From contig NC_057757.1 of the NCBI RefSeq assembly GCF_004010195.1, forward strand, positions 179,242-243,241: DNA of 64,000 bases. The letters are read 5' to 3'. Shown in pieces: positions 24,205 through 36,949 of the stretch. Every line of letters begins with the position of its first letter. Within the stretch, counting starts at the first letter, position 1. A program made the translations under genes and the position numbers. The notes under the pieces were generated by a model that did not search any database, was not told the origin of the DNA, and was given only the letters and a program-made list of their open reading frames with translations. This DNA is from Chiloscyllium plagiosum (lineage: Eukaryota).

Positions 24205-26490
24205 GGTGCTCCCTCAGCACTGACCCTCCGACAATGCACTGCTCCCTCAGCACTGACCCTCCGACAGTGCGGCACTCCCTCAGCACTGACCCTCCGACAA
24301 TGCAGAGCTCCCTCAGCACTGACCCTCCGACAATGCAGAGCTCCCTCAGCGCTGACCCTCCGACAGTGCAGCACTCCCTCAGCACTGACCCTCCGACAAT
24401 GCAGAGCTCCCTCAGCACTGACCCTCCGACAATGCAGAGCTCCCTCAGCACTGACCCTCCGACAGTGCGGCACACCCTCAGCACTGACCCTCCGACAGTG
24501 CGGTGCTCCATCAGCACTGACCCTTTGATAGTGCCCGCTCTCTCAGCACTGACCGTCCGACAGTGCGGCACTCCCTCAGTACTGACCCTCCAACAGATCC
24601 CGCTCCCTCAGTGCTGACCCTCCAACAATGCAGCCCTCCCTCAGCACTGACCCTCCGATAGTGTAGCACTCCCTCAGCACTGACCCTATGACAGTGTGGC
24701 GCTCTCTCAGCACTGACCCTCCAACAATTCGGCGCTCCCTCAGTGCTGACCCTCCAATAGTGTGGCGCTCCCTCAGTGCTGACCCTCCAATAGTGTGGCG
24801 CTCTCTCAGCACTGACCCTCCGACAGTGCGGCGCTCCCTCAGTGCTGACCCTCCAATAGTGTGGCGCTCCCTCAGCACTGACCCTCCGACAGTGCAATAC
24901 TCCCTCAGCGCTGACCCTCCAACAGTTCAGCACTCCCTCAGCCCTGACCCTCTGACAGTACGGCGTTCCCTCAGCACTAACTCTCCGATAGTGCTCGCTC
25001 GCTCAGCACTGACCCTCCAACAGTGGCGGCTTCTTCAGCACTGACCCTCCGACAGTGCCCGCTCCCTCAGCACTGACCCTCCAACAGTGCCCGCTCCCCT
25101 CAGCACTGACCCTGCGACAGTGCCCGCTCCCTCAGCACCTACCCTCCAACAGTGCCCGCTCCCTCAGCGCTGACCCCCCGACTCAGCCCGTTCTCTCAGC
25201 ACTGACCCTTCGACAGTGCGGCGCTCCAACAGTGACCGCTCGCTCAGTGCTGACCCTTCGACAATGCGGCACTCCCTCAGCACTGATCCTCCGTCAGTGC
25301 CCACTCCCTCAGCACTGACACTCTGACAGTGCCCACTCCCTCAGCACTGACCCTCCGTCAGTGCCCACTCCCTCAGCACTGACCCTTCAACAGTGCAGCA
25401 CTCCCTCAGCACTGACCCTCCAACGGTGCCTACTCCCTCAGCACTGAACCTCCGACAGTGCCCGCTCCCTCAGCGCTGACCCTCAGACATACGGCGCTCC
25501 CTCAGCACTGACCCTTCGACAGTGCAGCACTCCCTCAGCACTGACCCTCCAACGGTGCCCACTCCCTCAGCGCTGACCCTCCATCAGTGCCCGCTCCCTC
25601 AGCGCTGACCCTCCAACAGTGCCCGCTCCCTCAGTGCTGACCCTCCAACAGTGCAGCGCTCCCTCAGCATTGACCCTCCGACAGTGCCCACTCCATCAAC
25701 GCTCACCCTCTGACAGTGTGGCGCTTCCTCTGCGCTGACCTTGCGACATTGCAGTACTCCCTCAGCACTGACCCTTCAACAATGCAGCACTCCCTCAGCC
25801 CTGACCCTTTGACATTGCAGCACTCCCTCAGTGCTGACCATCCATCAGTGCCCACTCCCTCAGCGCTGACCCTCCAACAGTGCCTGCTTCCTCAGCACTG
25901 ACCCCCTGACAGTGCGGTGCTCCCTCAGTGCTGACCCTCCATCAGTGTCCGCTCCCTCAGCGCTGACTCTCCAACAGTACCCACTCCCTCAGTGCTGACC
26001 CTCCAACAGTGCAGCACCCCCTCAGCACTGACCCTCTGACAATGCAGCGCTCCCTCAGTGCTGGCCCTCCAATAGTTCCCACTCCCTCAGCGCTGACCCT
26101 CCTACAATGTGGCGCTCCCTCAGCACTGACCCTCCATCAGTGCAGCGCTCCCTCAGCACTGACTCTCCGACAGTGCCCACTCCCTCAGCCCTGACCCTCC
26201 GACAGTATGGCACTCCCTCAGCACTGACCCTCCGACAGTGCAGCACTCCCTCAGCACTGACCTTCTGATAGTGCCCGCTCTCTCTGCACTGACCCTCCGA
26301 CAGTGCAGCACTCCCTCAGCACTGACCCTCCAACAGTACGGCATTCCCTCAGCACTGACCCTCCGACAGGGCAGCACTCCCTCAGCACTGACCCTCCAAC
26401 AGTGTGGTGTTCCCTCAGCACTGACCCTCCAACAGTGTGAAGTTCCCTCAGCACTGACCCTCCTACAGTGTGGAGGACCCTCCGCACTGA
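24205..26490. repeat. 33 bp minisatellite (pyrimidine-rich orientation)
   Basis: About 2.3 kb tandem array. Confidence 0.97.
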
Positions 26491-26819
26491 AGGAAATGCT
26501 GGGCCGACCAGCGATGCTCCAAACAGTGAGGGAGTTGGGGGACATTGATTGGCTCATTGACCGTGACAGGGAAGGGTTGTGAGACAGACAGCGTCCCAAC
26601 GTGGCCAAGGCCCAGAGGGCAGTACATTTCCCCAGGTCTCGTTCATTTATCCCTCCAGATGTCAAACTGTCCCCACCACCAACAGAGAATTACTGGGTAC
26701 AAACAACAACCAACAATCATACATCTAATGGGGAAGAAAGAAACACTGCCAGTCTCAGCAATACATCTCAATTCCGGGATAATTGTCATTAATAACTAGT
26801 CATGGTGGGTAAACGCAAT

Positions 26820-27312
26820 ACAGAGGGAGCACTGCACTGTCAGAGTGTCAGCGCTGAGGGAGCATCGTACAGTCGGAAGGTCAGTGCTGAGCGAGTGCCG
26901 CACTATCAGAGGGTCAGCGCTGAGGGAGTGCCACACTGCCAGAGGATCAGTGCTGAGGGAGCGGGAACTGTCAGAGGGTCAGTGCTAAGGGAGCGTTGCA
27001 CTGTTGGAGGGTCAGTGCTGAGGAAGCAGGCACTGTCAGAGGGTTAGCGCTGAGGGGGCGCTGCATTTTCAGAGGTTCAGTGCTGAGGGGGTGCTGCATT
27101 GTCAGAGGTTCAGTGCTGAGGGAGTGCCACACTGTCAGAGGGTCAGTGCTGAGGGAGTGCCACACTGTCGGAGAGTCAGTGCTGAGGGAGTGCCACACTG
27201 TCGGAGGGTCAGTGCTGAGGGAGCGCCACACTATCGGAGGGTCAATGCCGAGGGAGTGCCGCACTATTGGAGGGTCAGTGCCGAGGGAGCACCGCACTGT
27301 CAGAGGGTCAGT
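26820..27312. repeat. 33 bp minisatellite (opposite orientation)
   Basis: Reverse-complement units relative to 24205-26490. Confidence 0.95.
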
Positions 27313-28192
27313 AAAGAGGAAGGTGCAATTTACATTTTGAAAGTTATTGGAATTCAGCTCCCTTTCAGACAGAGCATTCCAGATGACAACAACTTGCTGT
27401 GTCAATACAAAAGCTTTTTCCTCATCTCCCGCTTCGGTTCTTTCACTAATTATCTTCAATCTATTTCCCTGTGTTGACCAACCTTCTGCCAATGTCTCCT
27501 CATTTACCTAAACAAAATCCCTCATGCTTTTGAAAACCACGATCAAATCTCAGCGTTTGTGTCCTGGACTGTTTTTATTAATCTTTTCTTTTCTTGGAAT
27601 CGGAGTGAATTGGAATCAACCAGCTGAAAGTTAGCTGGGGCCTTGGAAACTCCACTTATGTGAACAGGGAGAAAAGCAGCCAGTTACTGTGGTAATATTA
27701 CAAGGGCCTAATCTGGCCTTTATGTGATGTCAAAGGCCTGACCACCAATCCAGGCTCATCCAAACAAGGCCAGAATTTTTGCCAGGTCTCGCTTTGGGAA
27801 CATTCACAGTCCTGAGAGGTCTCAAGTTGGACATGGAGGTTACCAGACTTCCTAGTCCCGGCCTCCACTCCCTACCCGTCTCAGGAATCCTGGGCGCCCC
27901 TTGCTTAGGCCTTTGTCCTGGACCTCAGTCCCTCCTCATGGCTGTCAGAACCTGGGACTTTGTCCGACCTATTTCCAGTACATCTGGAACACTGCCTTAT
28001 CTCTGCAAACTCCTGCTCCATGCAATACGCCTCAGTCAGGCAGCGAATTCCGATCCTTGCATCACCGGAAAATCCGAGATGAGGAAAGTCAACAAGACAC
28101 GTGCAGGCGGACACAATAGGTGAAAGGTTTCCCACACCCCCCCCCCCCCCTCCCCGTGCTGAGTATAAACATGAAAAGGTGCATTCCATTTG

Positions 28193-28525
28193 GAGTCATA
28201 ACCCGTCCATGCCGACCAGATATCCCAACCCAATCTAGTCCCACCTGCCAGCACCCGGCCCATATCCCTCCAAACCCTTCCTATTCATATACCCATCCAA
28301 ATGCCTCTTAAATGTTGCAATTGTACCAGCCTCCACCACTTCCTCTGGCAGCTCATTCCATACACGTACCACCCTCTGTGTGAAAAAGTTGCCCCTTAGG
28401 TCCCTTTTATATCTTTCCCCTCTCACCATAAACCTATGCCCCTCTAGTTCTGGACTCCCCGACCCCAGGGAAAAGACTTTGTCTATTTATCCTGTCCATG
28501 CCCCTCATAATTTTATAAACGTCTA
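28193..28525 (-). mobile_element. CR1 LINE 3' end
   Basis: RGERYKRDLRGNFFTQRVVRVWNELPEEVVEAGTIATFKRHLDGYM. Confidence 0.95.
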
Positions 28526-28829
28526 TCTTGGACAATTTTCAAACTGAACAATTAGGTTTGAGCTGTCCTCGGCTCTCCACACTGTTTGGGAGGGGAGGGT
28601 CTGATTCCTGAATTTAGGAAAATGTTTGTCCTTCCTGGCAGATCGATGGGATCAGGTGGTCAGACTGGAGCTTGCTACTCTACCCTGAGCTGGTCATGTG
28701 CAGCAAGGTACACCCACAACATGTGGCCTCAGAGGGTAGTGCTCCTTCCAATGAGGGCAGCTCAGTGCCCAGCAAGGGCACATCGAGGGCAAGAGAACAG
28801 AGCGGCACAATGTCGTGAGCATCTGTGAA

Positions 28830-31800
28830 ACCAATGGACATGGGGAGAGCATTGGGGACAGGGGAGAGGGCCAGGGACATGGGGTGAGTGCTGGGGACAC
28901 AGAGAGAGTGTTGGGAACACGGGGAGAGGGCCGGGGACACATGGAGAGAGGGCTGTGGACACAGAGTGTGTTGGGGACACAGGAGAGGGCCAGGGATATG
29001 GGGAGAGAGGGCTGTGGACACAGAGAGAGTGTTGGGGACACGGGGAGAGTCCTGGGGACAGGGGGAGAGAGGGCTGGGGACACAGGGAGAGTGCTGGGGA
29101 CACGGGGTGAGAGCTGGAGACAGGGGGAGACCCCTGGGCACATGGGGAGAGCACTGCGGACATGGGAAGAGAGTGCTGGGGACACAGGGAGAGAAGGCTG
29201 TTGACACGGGGAGAAGGCAGTGGACATGGGGAGAGAGGGCGGGGACACAATAAGAGTGCTGCGGACACGAGGAGAGTGCTGGGGACACGAGGAGAGGGCC
29301 AGGGACTCGGGGAGAGCCCTGGGGATATGGGGACAGTGCTGAGGTCATGGGGAGAGAAGGCTCTTGACATGGAGAGAAAGCCGGGGACACAAGGAGAGCA
29401 CTAGGGGCATGGCTGAGGACACAGGGAGAGAGGGCTGGGTACACGGGAAGAGCACTGGGGGCAAGGGAAAAGGCTGGGATCACAGGGAGAGTGTTGGGGA
29501 CATTGGGACAGTGCTGGAGACACAGGGAGAGTGCTGGGGGCACGGAGAAAGTGCTGGGGACACAAAGAGAGTGCTGGGAACATGTAAGGGACACGGGGAG
29601 AGCCCTGGGGATGTGGGGAGAGTGTTGAGGACACAAGGGGAGCCCTGGGGACACAGGGAGAGTGCTGGGGACACAGGGAGAGTGCTGGGGACACGGGGTG
29701 ATTGTTGGGGACACGGTGAGAGCCCTGAAGACACGGGGAGAGTGTTGGGGACACGGGGAGATTGTTGGGGACACGGGAAGAGCCCTGGAGACACTGGGAG
29801 AGTGTTGGGGACACAGGGAGATTGTTGGGGACACAGGAAGAGCCCTGGAGACACGGGGAGAGTGTTGGCGACACGGGGAGATTGTTGGGGACACGTGAAG
29901 AGCCTGGAGACACTGGGAGAGTGCTGGGGACACAGGGAGAGTGTTGCGGACACGGGGAGAGTGTTGGGGCCACGGGGAGAGCCCTGGGGTCACGGGGAGA
30001 GTGTTGGGGACATTGGGACAATGGTAGGGACACAGGGAGAGTGTTGGGGACACGGGAACAGTGCTGAGGACACGGGGAGAGTGCTGGGGACACAGGGAGA
30101 GTGTTGGGGACACAGGAAGAGCCCTGGGGTCACGGGGAGAGTGCTGGGGACACGGGGAGAGTGCTGGGGACACGGGGAGAGCCCTGGACACGGGGAGAGT
30201 GTTGGCGACACGGGGGGAGATTGTTGGCGACATGGGAAGAGCCCTGGAGACACTGGGAGAGTGCTGGGGACACAGGGAGAGTGTTGGGGACTCGGGGAGA
30301 GTGTTGGGGACTCGGGGAGAGTGTTGGGGACACAGGGAGAGCCCTGGGGTCACAGGGAGAGTATTAGGGACATGGGGAGAGCCCTGGAGACACGGGGAGA
30401 GTATTGGGGACACAGGGAGAGCCCTGGGGTCACGGCGAGAGTGTTGGGGACATTGGGACAGTGCTGGGGACACAGGGAGAGTGCTGGGGGCACGGGGAAA
30501 GTGCTGGGGGCACAGGGAGAGTGTTGGGGACACGGGGGAGTGTTGGGGACACGGGGAGAGCCCTGGCGACAGGGGGACAGAGGGCTGGGGACACAGGGAG
30601 AGTGCTGGGGACACGGGATGAGAGCTGGAGACAGGGGGAGACCCTTGGGCACATGGGGAGAGCACTATGGACACGGGGAGAGAGGGCTGGGGACACAAAG
30701 TGAGTGCTGGGAACACGGGGAGAGTGTTGGGGACACAGGGTGAGGGCCAGGGACATGGGGAGAGCCTTGGGGACATGGGGAGAATGCTGGGGACACGGGG
30801 AGAGAGGACTGGAGACGCAGGGAGAGTGCTGGGGACATGGGTGAGAGCTGGAGACAGGGGGAGAGCCCTGGACACATGGGGAGAGCGCTGCAGACATGGG
30901 AAGAGAGTTCTGGGGACACGAAGAGAGTGCTGCGGACACGGGGAGAGTGCTGGGGACACGGGGTGAGGGCCAGGGACATGGGGAGAGCTCTGGGGACATG
31001 GGGAGAGTGCTGGGGACATGGGGAGAGAGGGCGGGGACACAATAAGAGTGCTGCGGACACGGGGAAAGTGCTGGGGACACGGGGAGAGGGCCAGGGACTC
31101 GGGGAGAGCCCTGGGGACATGGGGAGAGTGCTGGGGTCATGGGGAGAGAAGGCTCTTGACACGGTGAGAGTGCCGGGGACACAAGGAGAGCACTAGGGGC
31201 ATGGCTGAGGACACAGGGAGAGAGGGCTGGGTACACGGGAAGAGCACTGGGGGCAAGGGAGTGCTGGGGTCACGGGGAGAGTGCTGGGGACATGGGGACA
31301 GTGCTGGGGACACGGGGAGAGTGCTGGGGACACGGGGAGAGTGCTGGGGACACGGGGAGAGTGCTGGGGACACGGGGAGAGTGCTGGGGACACGGGGAGA
31401 GTGCTGGGGACACGGGGAGAGTGCTGGGGACACGGGGAGAGTGCTGGGGACACGGGGAGAGTGCTGGGGACACGGGGAGAGTGCTGGGGACACGGGGAGA
31501 GTGCTGGGGACACGGGGAGAGTGCTGGGGACACGGGGAGAGTGCTGGGGACACGGGGAGAGTGCTGGGGACACGGGGAGAGTGCTGGGGACACGGGGAGA
31601 GTGCTGGGGACACGGGGAGAGTGCTGGGGACACGGGGAGAGTGCTGGGGACACGGGGAGAGTGCTGGGGACACGGGGAGAGTGCTGGGGACACGGGGAGA
31701 GTGCTGGGGACACGGGGAGAGTGCTGGGGACACGGGGAGAGTGCTGGGGACATGGGGACAGTGCTGGGGACACGGGGAGAGTGCTGGGGACACGGGGAGA

Positions 31801-32380
31801 GTGCTGGGGACACGGGGAGAGTGCTGGGGACACGGGGAGAGCGCTGGACATGGGGAGAGTGTTAGGGACATGGAAAGAGCCCTGGTCATGGGGAGAGTGT
31901 TGGAGACACGGAAAGAGCCCTGGAGACATTGGGAGAATGTTAGGGACACGGGGAGAGCCCTGCAGACACGGGGAGAGTATTGGGGACACGGGGAGAGCCC
32001 TGGAGTCATGGAGAGAGTGTTGGGGACACGGGAGAAGCCCTGGAGACACTGGGAGAGTGCTGAGGACACAGGGAGAGTGTTGGGGACTCGGGGAGAGTGT
32101 TAGGGACACAGGGAAAGTGTTGGGGACACGGGGAGAGCCCTGGGGTCACAGGGAGAGTGTTAGGGACATAGGGAGAGCCCTGGAGACACGGGGAGAGTAT
32201 TGGGGACACGGGGAGAGCCCTGGGGTCACGGGGAGAGTGTTGGGGACATTGGACAGTGCTGGGGACACAGGGAGAGTGTTGGGGACACAGGGAGAGTGCT
32301 GGGGGCAAGGGGAGAGGGCTGGGGCACTGGGAGAGAGCTTGAACACGGGAAGAGGGCGGGAGAGCACTGGGACATGAGGA
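28830..32380. repeat. 20 bp G-rich minisatellite (GTGCTGGGGACACGGGGAGA)
   Basis: 22 perfect copies at 31301-31740 within diverged flanks. Confidence 0.97.
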
Positions 32381-33156
32381 GAGTGCCAGGATACTGGTCG
32401 ACAAGGGTTACTGATGTACAGGACCATGGACAGTTCTCCAGGCTGAAAGTCAAGTTGGTCTGACAGCCTCAATTTCAACACCAGGACAAACCCAGGATGA
32501 TTTGCCATAACAACATGGACTCCAGGTCATAGAAGCCTGTAGACTGTAGGAGCACATAGAAATCACAAAAGATAAAGAGTGAAGATTTCATGCGATTTGG
32601 TCAATTTGAGAAGGTGGACAGGCAAAAGATTACAGAGCAAGTACAAACTGACTTTCTGATATATTTTACCAGAGAACATTTCTCTCTGCATCGCTCTGAC
32701 ATTCCATAAGCTCTTCAAAACACCACTTTATTGAAAACCGCTGAAGATTAACTGTAGAAATGACAACGTCAACTGTAATGCACCAGGTATAGCCTATCTC
32801 TGACAAAACACAGTCTGACTTTTTCACAGTGACACTCAACATTGCAAATGTTAAAACACTGATCATCAACAAACATCCTGCAGGTCACCATTAATCAGAA
32901 ATCTAACTGGCCAATAGGGCTAGCAAAGCATGTGAGACAATGGGTTCTGAGGGAAGTGTATTGAAGCAGGGGAGTTATCTCATCATACAGCACAGAAACA
33001 GACTCTTCACTCCAACTGGTCCATGCCAACAATAATCCCAAATTAAAGCTGCCTGCACTTGGCCCATATCCACCACTTCAGTGCTCCTGACAATGCGCCT
33101 GACAGTGCTCCTGACAGTGCTCCTGACAGTGCTCCAAAAGCTTATGATTTCAAATA

Positions 33157-33306
33157 CAGAGGAACCTCGATTATCCAAACGTCGATTATCCAAATTTTGG
33201 ATTCTCCAGACTAGATCGCAAAGTGCTGATGCTTGGCTAAACTCTGTTATCCAGCATTAGATTATCTGCACCTGCCTGTGCCATTCGGATAGTCAAGGTT
33301 CCTCTG
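33157..33306. mobile_element. Tigger/pogo-like MITE
   Basis: TIRs CAGAGGAACCTCGATTATCC / GGATAGTCAAGGTTCCTCTG, flanked by TA on both sides. Confidence 0.85.
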
Positions 33307-34469
33307 TATACCTGTTGGACTATAACCTGGTGTCATGTGGTTTCTGACTTTGTCCATCCCAGCCCAACACTGGCACCTCTACACCATATCCCTCCAAACA
33401 TTTCCTGTTCATTATCTTCTCCAAATGCCTTTTAAACATTGTAACTGTACCTGCATCCACCACTTCCTCTGGAAGTTCATCCCACACACGAACCGCTCAC
33501 CGTGTAAATACACTCCTCGTGTTTTTTTTTAATCTTGCTCTTTTCACTTCAAAAATATCCCTCCTGGTCTTGAATCCCCCATCTGAGGGAAAAGCCACCT
33601 TATTACACTTTGAGTATTCCGTCTTGTTCAGGTCACCATACTTCATAAAAGATGTGAGTGTTAACAAAGAATAGATAACTGTATTTAAATGGAGTCCAAG
33701 TCTACATGTTCAGTGAGAGCTTTATTTCAGCTGACCACATTCCTTAAAACTCACCCCCACTGGTTTCTAGTTGCCCATATTTAAACAACAAACTCACATC
33801 TAATTAACCCTTAACTAATACATGAATCAGCTGTTCCCTCATTCTATTTGGTCTCAGGAATTAGATAACAGATTCTTCTTTTGCTTTCTAGATAAATCAT
33901 TCTGTAATTATCAATTAGTAAAGGGAATGGAGAGTTCTGGGAAAAAGACAGGAAAGTGAGGATGAGGATGAGGATGATCTGCTCACTATGATCTTGGTGA
34001 ATGGCAGCACAGACTCGATGGGCTGAATGGCCTTCCTTGGCTCCGATGTCTAACCACATCATATTCCCATTTCTTTTTTTCATACATTAAAGCTCCCCAA
34101 GCATCCTTTTTCTTTCCAGTAGGTCTAACAATTTCTTGGAAATTGCTGCTTTCTTTATGAAACAATCAGATAGCCAACTGTCCCATTCCAATATTCCCCA
34201 TTTTACAGTACTGGTTTTCAAACTGGGATTTCAATCCAATCTCCTTCCATTCACACATTTTGTTGAGTGTATGATATCCCATTGCAACGTATTATTGATG
34301 AAGCACTCATTGGGTAATGCTGCTGAATATCTTTATAGAATTTCTTACAATATTTCGACCAGGCAAAACGCTATACCTACTGCCTAGCTAAAAGTGAGAG
34401 CTTCTGCTGTAGGTACCTTTTGTTTACAACTTCTTTGATCTTGTTAGCTTCCCAAGCTTAATGGCAATG

Positions 34470-35922
34470 TCTACTTTTAGCTTGGGAAGTTTAACTCCTC
34501 TTTAGCCACAGGAGAAGTCCCTGAAGACGAGAGAATAGAAAATGTTGTTCCTTTGTTGAAGCAGGGCAGCAGGGAGAATCCTAGTAATTATAGACAATTG
34601 GGCCTTACCTCAGTGGGCGGGACACTATTGGAGAAGATTCTTAGGGACACAATTTACTTGCAGTTAGACAACAATGGACTTCTTAGGGACAGTCAGCATG
34701 GCTTTATGCAAGGAAGGTCTCATATCACAGACTTGACTGAGTTTTTTGAGGAAGTGATGAAGATGGTTGATGGAGGTAGGGTAGTGGATGTTATCTCCAT
34801 GGATTTTACAAAAGCATTTGACAAGGTCCCTTCTGGGGTAGGCTGGTCCGGAAGATCAAATTCACATGGTTCGATCCAAAATTGGCTTGGCCATGGAAGA
34901 TAGAGGGGTAGTAGTAGATGGTTGTCTTTTCGACGAGAGGTCTGTGACCAGCGGTGTCCTTCAAGGATCCATGCTGGGACCTCTGCTGTTTGTAATATAT
35001 ATGGAAATGATTGGATGAAAATATCAGTGGTCTGATTAGTAAGTTTGCAGATGACATGAAAATTGGCGAAGTTGTGGATCGTGAGGAAGGATATCAAAGG
35101 ATGAAGTAGGACAGAGATTAACTGGAAAATTGGGCTGAAAACTGTCAGGTGGAGTTTAATCCAGACACGTGTGAGATGATGCATCTTGGGAGCTCAAATG
35201 GCTGGACCACAAGGAACATTGAATTGTGGGATCCAAATCCATAGCTCCCTGAAAGTGGCAACACAAATGGATAAGATGGAAAAGGAAGAATATGGCATAC
35301 TTGCCTTCATGAGTCGGGGCACTGAGTATAAAAGTTGGCAAGTTCATGTTTCAACTATATAAGACTTTAGTCTCGACACACATTTGAAGTTCTGTGTGCA
35401 GTTTTGTTCACAGCACAATAGGAAGGCTGTGGAGACTTTGGGGCGAGTGCAAAAGAGGCTTATTCAAATGTTGCCTGGATCAGAGCGTATTCGTTACAAG
35501 GACAGGTTGGACAAACTTGGATTGTTTTTGCTAAACCATCGGAGGTCAAGAGGCGACCTGACAGAAGTAAATAAAATCATGAGAGACGTGGATAGGGTGG
35601 ACAGTTGGAATCCCTTTCTCAGGGTGGAAATGTCAAATACTAGATGGCATAGATTTAAGGTGGGAGGGAGAAAGTTGAATGGAGATGTGCGAGGAAGGTC
35701 TTTCTTCCCACAGAGAATGGTAGGTGCCTGGAACATGCACCAGGGGAGGTGGTACAGGCAGATACAATAGCAATGTTATACAATACAAGGCATTTCGACA
35801 GACATTTGAACAGGCAGTGAATAGAGGGATACAGGCGATATAGAATCAATTTAGAACCGCATCAAAGTTGGTACAGACACAGTGGGGTGAAGGGCCTGTT
35901 CCTGTGCCATACTGTTCTATGT
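34470..35922 (+). mobile_element. CR1 LINE fragment (RT and C-terminus, decayed)
   Basis: QHGFMQGRS, MDFTKAFDKVP, KFADDMKI, and a CR1 tail. Confidence 0.95.
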
Positions 35923-36608
35923 AAGCGGTTCTGAAGAAGTCACATTGAACTTGAAACATTAACTTGGCTTCTCTCTCCATAGATGTTGTCAGATTTGCTG
36001 AGTTTCTCCATCACTTTGTCTTATTTCAACATTTACTTACAAGAGAAACTAGAAATCCTTCTGTACTTGGGAACCCACTATAGAGATTTATTAAATAAAC
36101 ATTGTAAAAAACAAGTTCATGTTCCTGACATCTCTCACTGAAATTTCAAGAAACAAATTTCCATTTTTAATGTTTACAAATATTTGCTCGCCCAAATAAT
36201 ATCTCTCCCCAGGGATTGTTCAGAATTGCACTCAGCTCTAAAACTTCAAGACTGACATCTAGCCTTGTTTGGGTGAGCATCTGTTTCAGCTGTCTGATTA
36301 AGACTTCCCCATTGCTTTAGTTTTGGAAGCCACTGCACCTTTTTCTGAAAGCCCCCCTCTGCCTGAAAGCAATGAGGCTGACAATTTCCAAACTGATGCA
36401 TTCTACTTGCTTGCTAAATCCAATGTACCAAAAAGCTCCAGAGGCCTGGCTTGCTTGTTGTGAAATCTGCTTTCAGCACATTTGTGACAAAGTTTTCAAA
36501 TTCACTGCTCACACCCACACAAAAAAACCATCTACATGCACCATAAAGATACCTGAGAGCTGCCTCCCTTCATGGTGTCAGTAAGTCTGCTTTTAACTGA
36601 GGACAGCC

Positions 36609-36835
36609 TGAAATAATTCCACAGACATCAATATCCCATCACACTTATTAATACATGTAAAGAACACGGAGTCTGACCAGCTAGATCAGAGCCAGTGCCT
36701 AGAGTGAAGGGAATCCCTGAGACTACTGTTTCTATATGTCAGCCACAACTCCCTGATTGGACCAGGTTAACAGCTCCAATGAGGGAACTCATACTCAATG
36801 AGATCCACGTGACCAATCTCATTCCAATCACCACA
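36609..36835 (-). mobile_element. Solo LTR
   Basis: TG...CA termini and a near-perfect 5-bp TSD CAGCC/CAGTC. Homologous to 7730-7979. Confidence 0.7.
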
Positions 36836-36949
36836 CAGTCCATTCTAATAAGATATCTTATTGGCAATTATTAAATTATGGAGGCATCATTTAAGTCATC
36901 TACTCATTTATTTAACTTCCAGAGTATTTTCTTTACAGTTGGTGCCACC

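Noticed and set aside
28680..32404. 786-aa and other long Pro/Ser- or Gly-rich ORFs
   Set aside because: They are translations of the 20-bp minisatellite, open in multiple frames on both strands.
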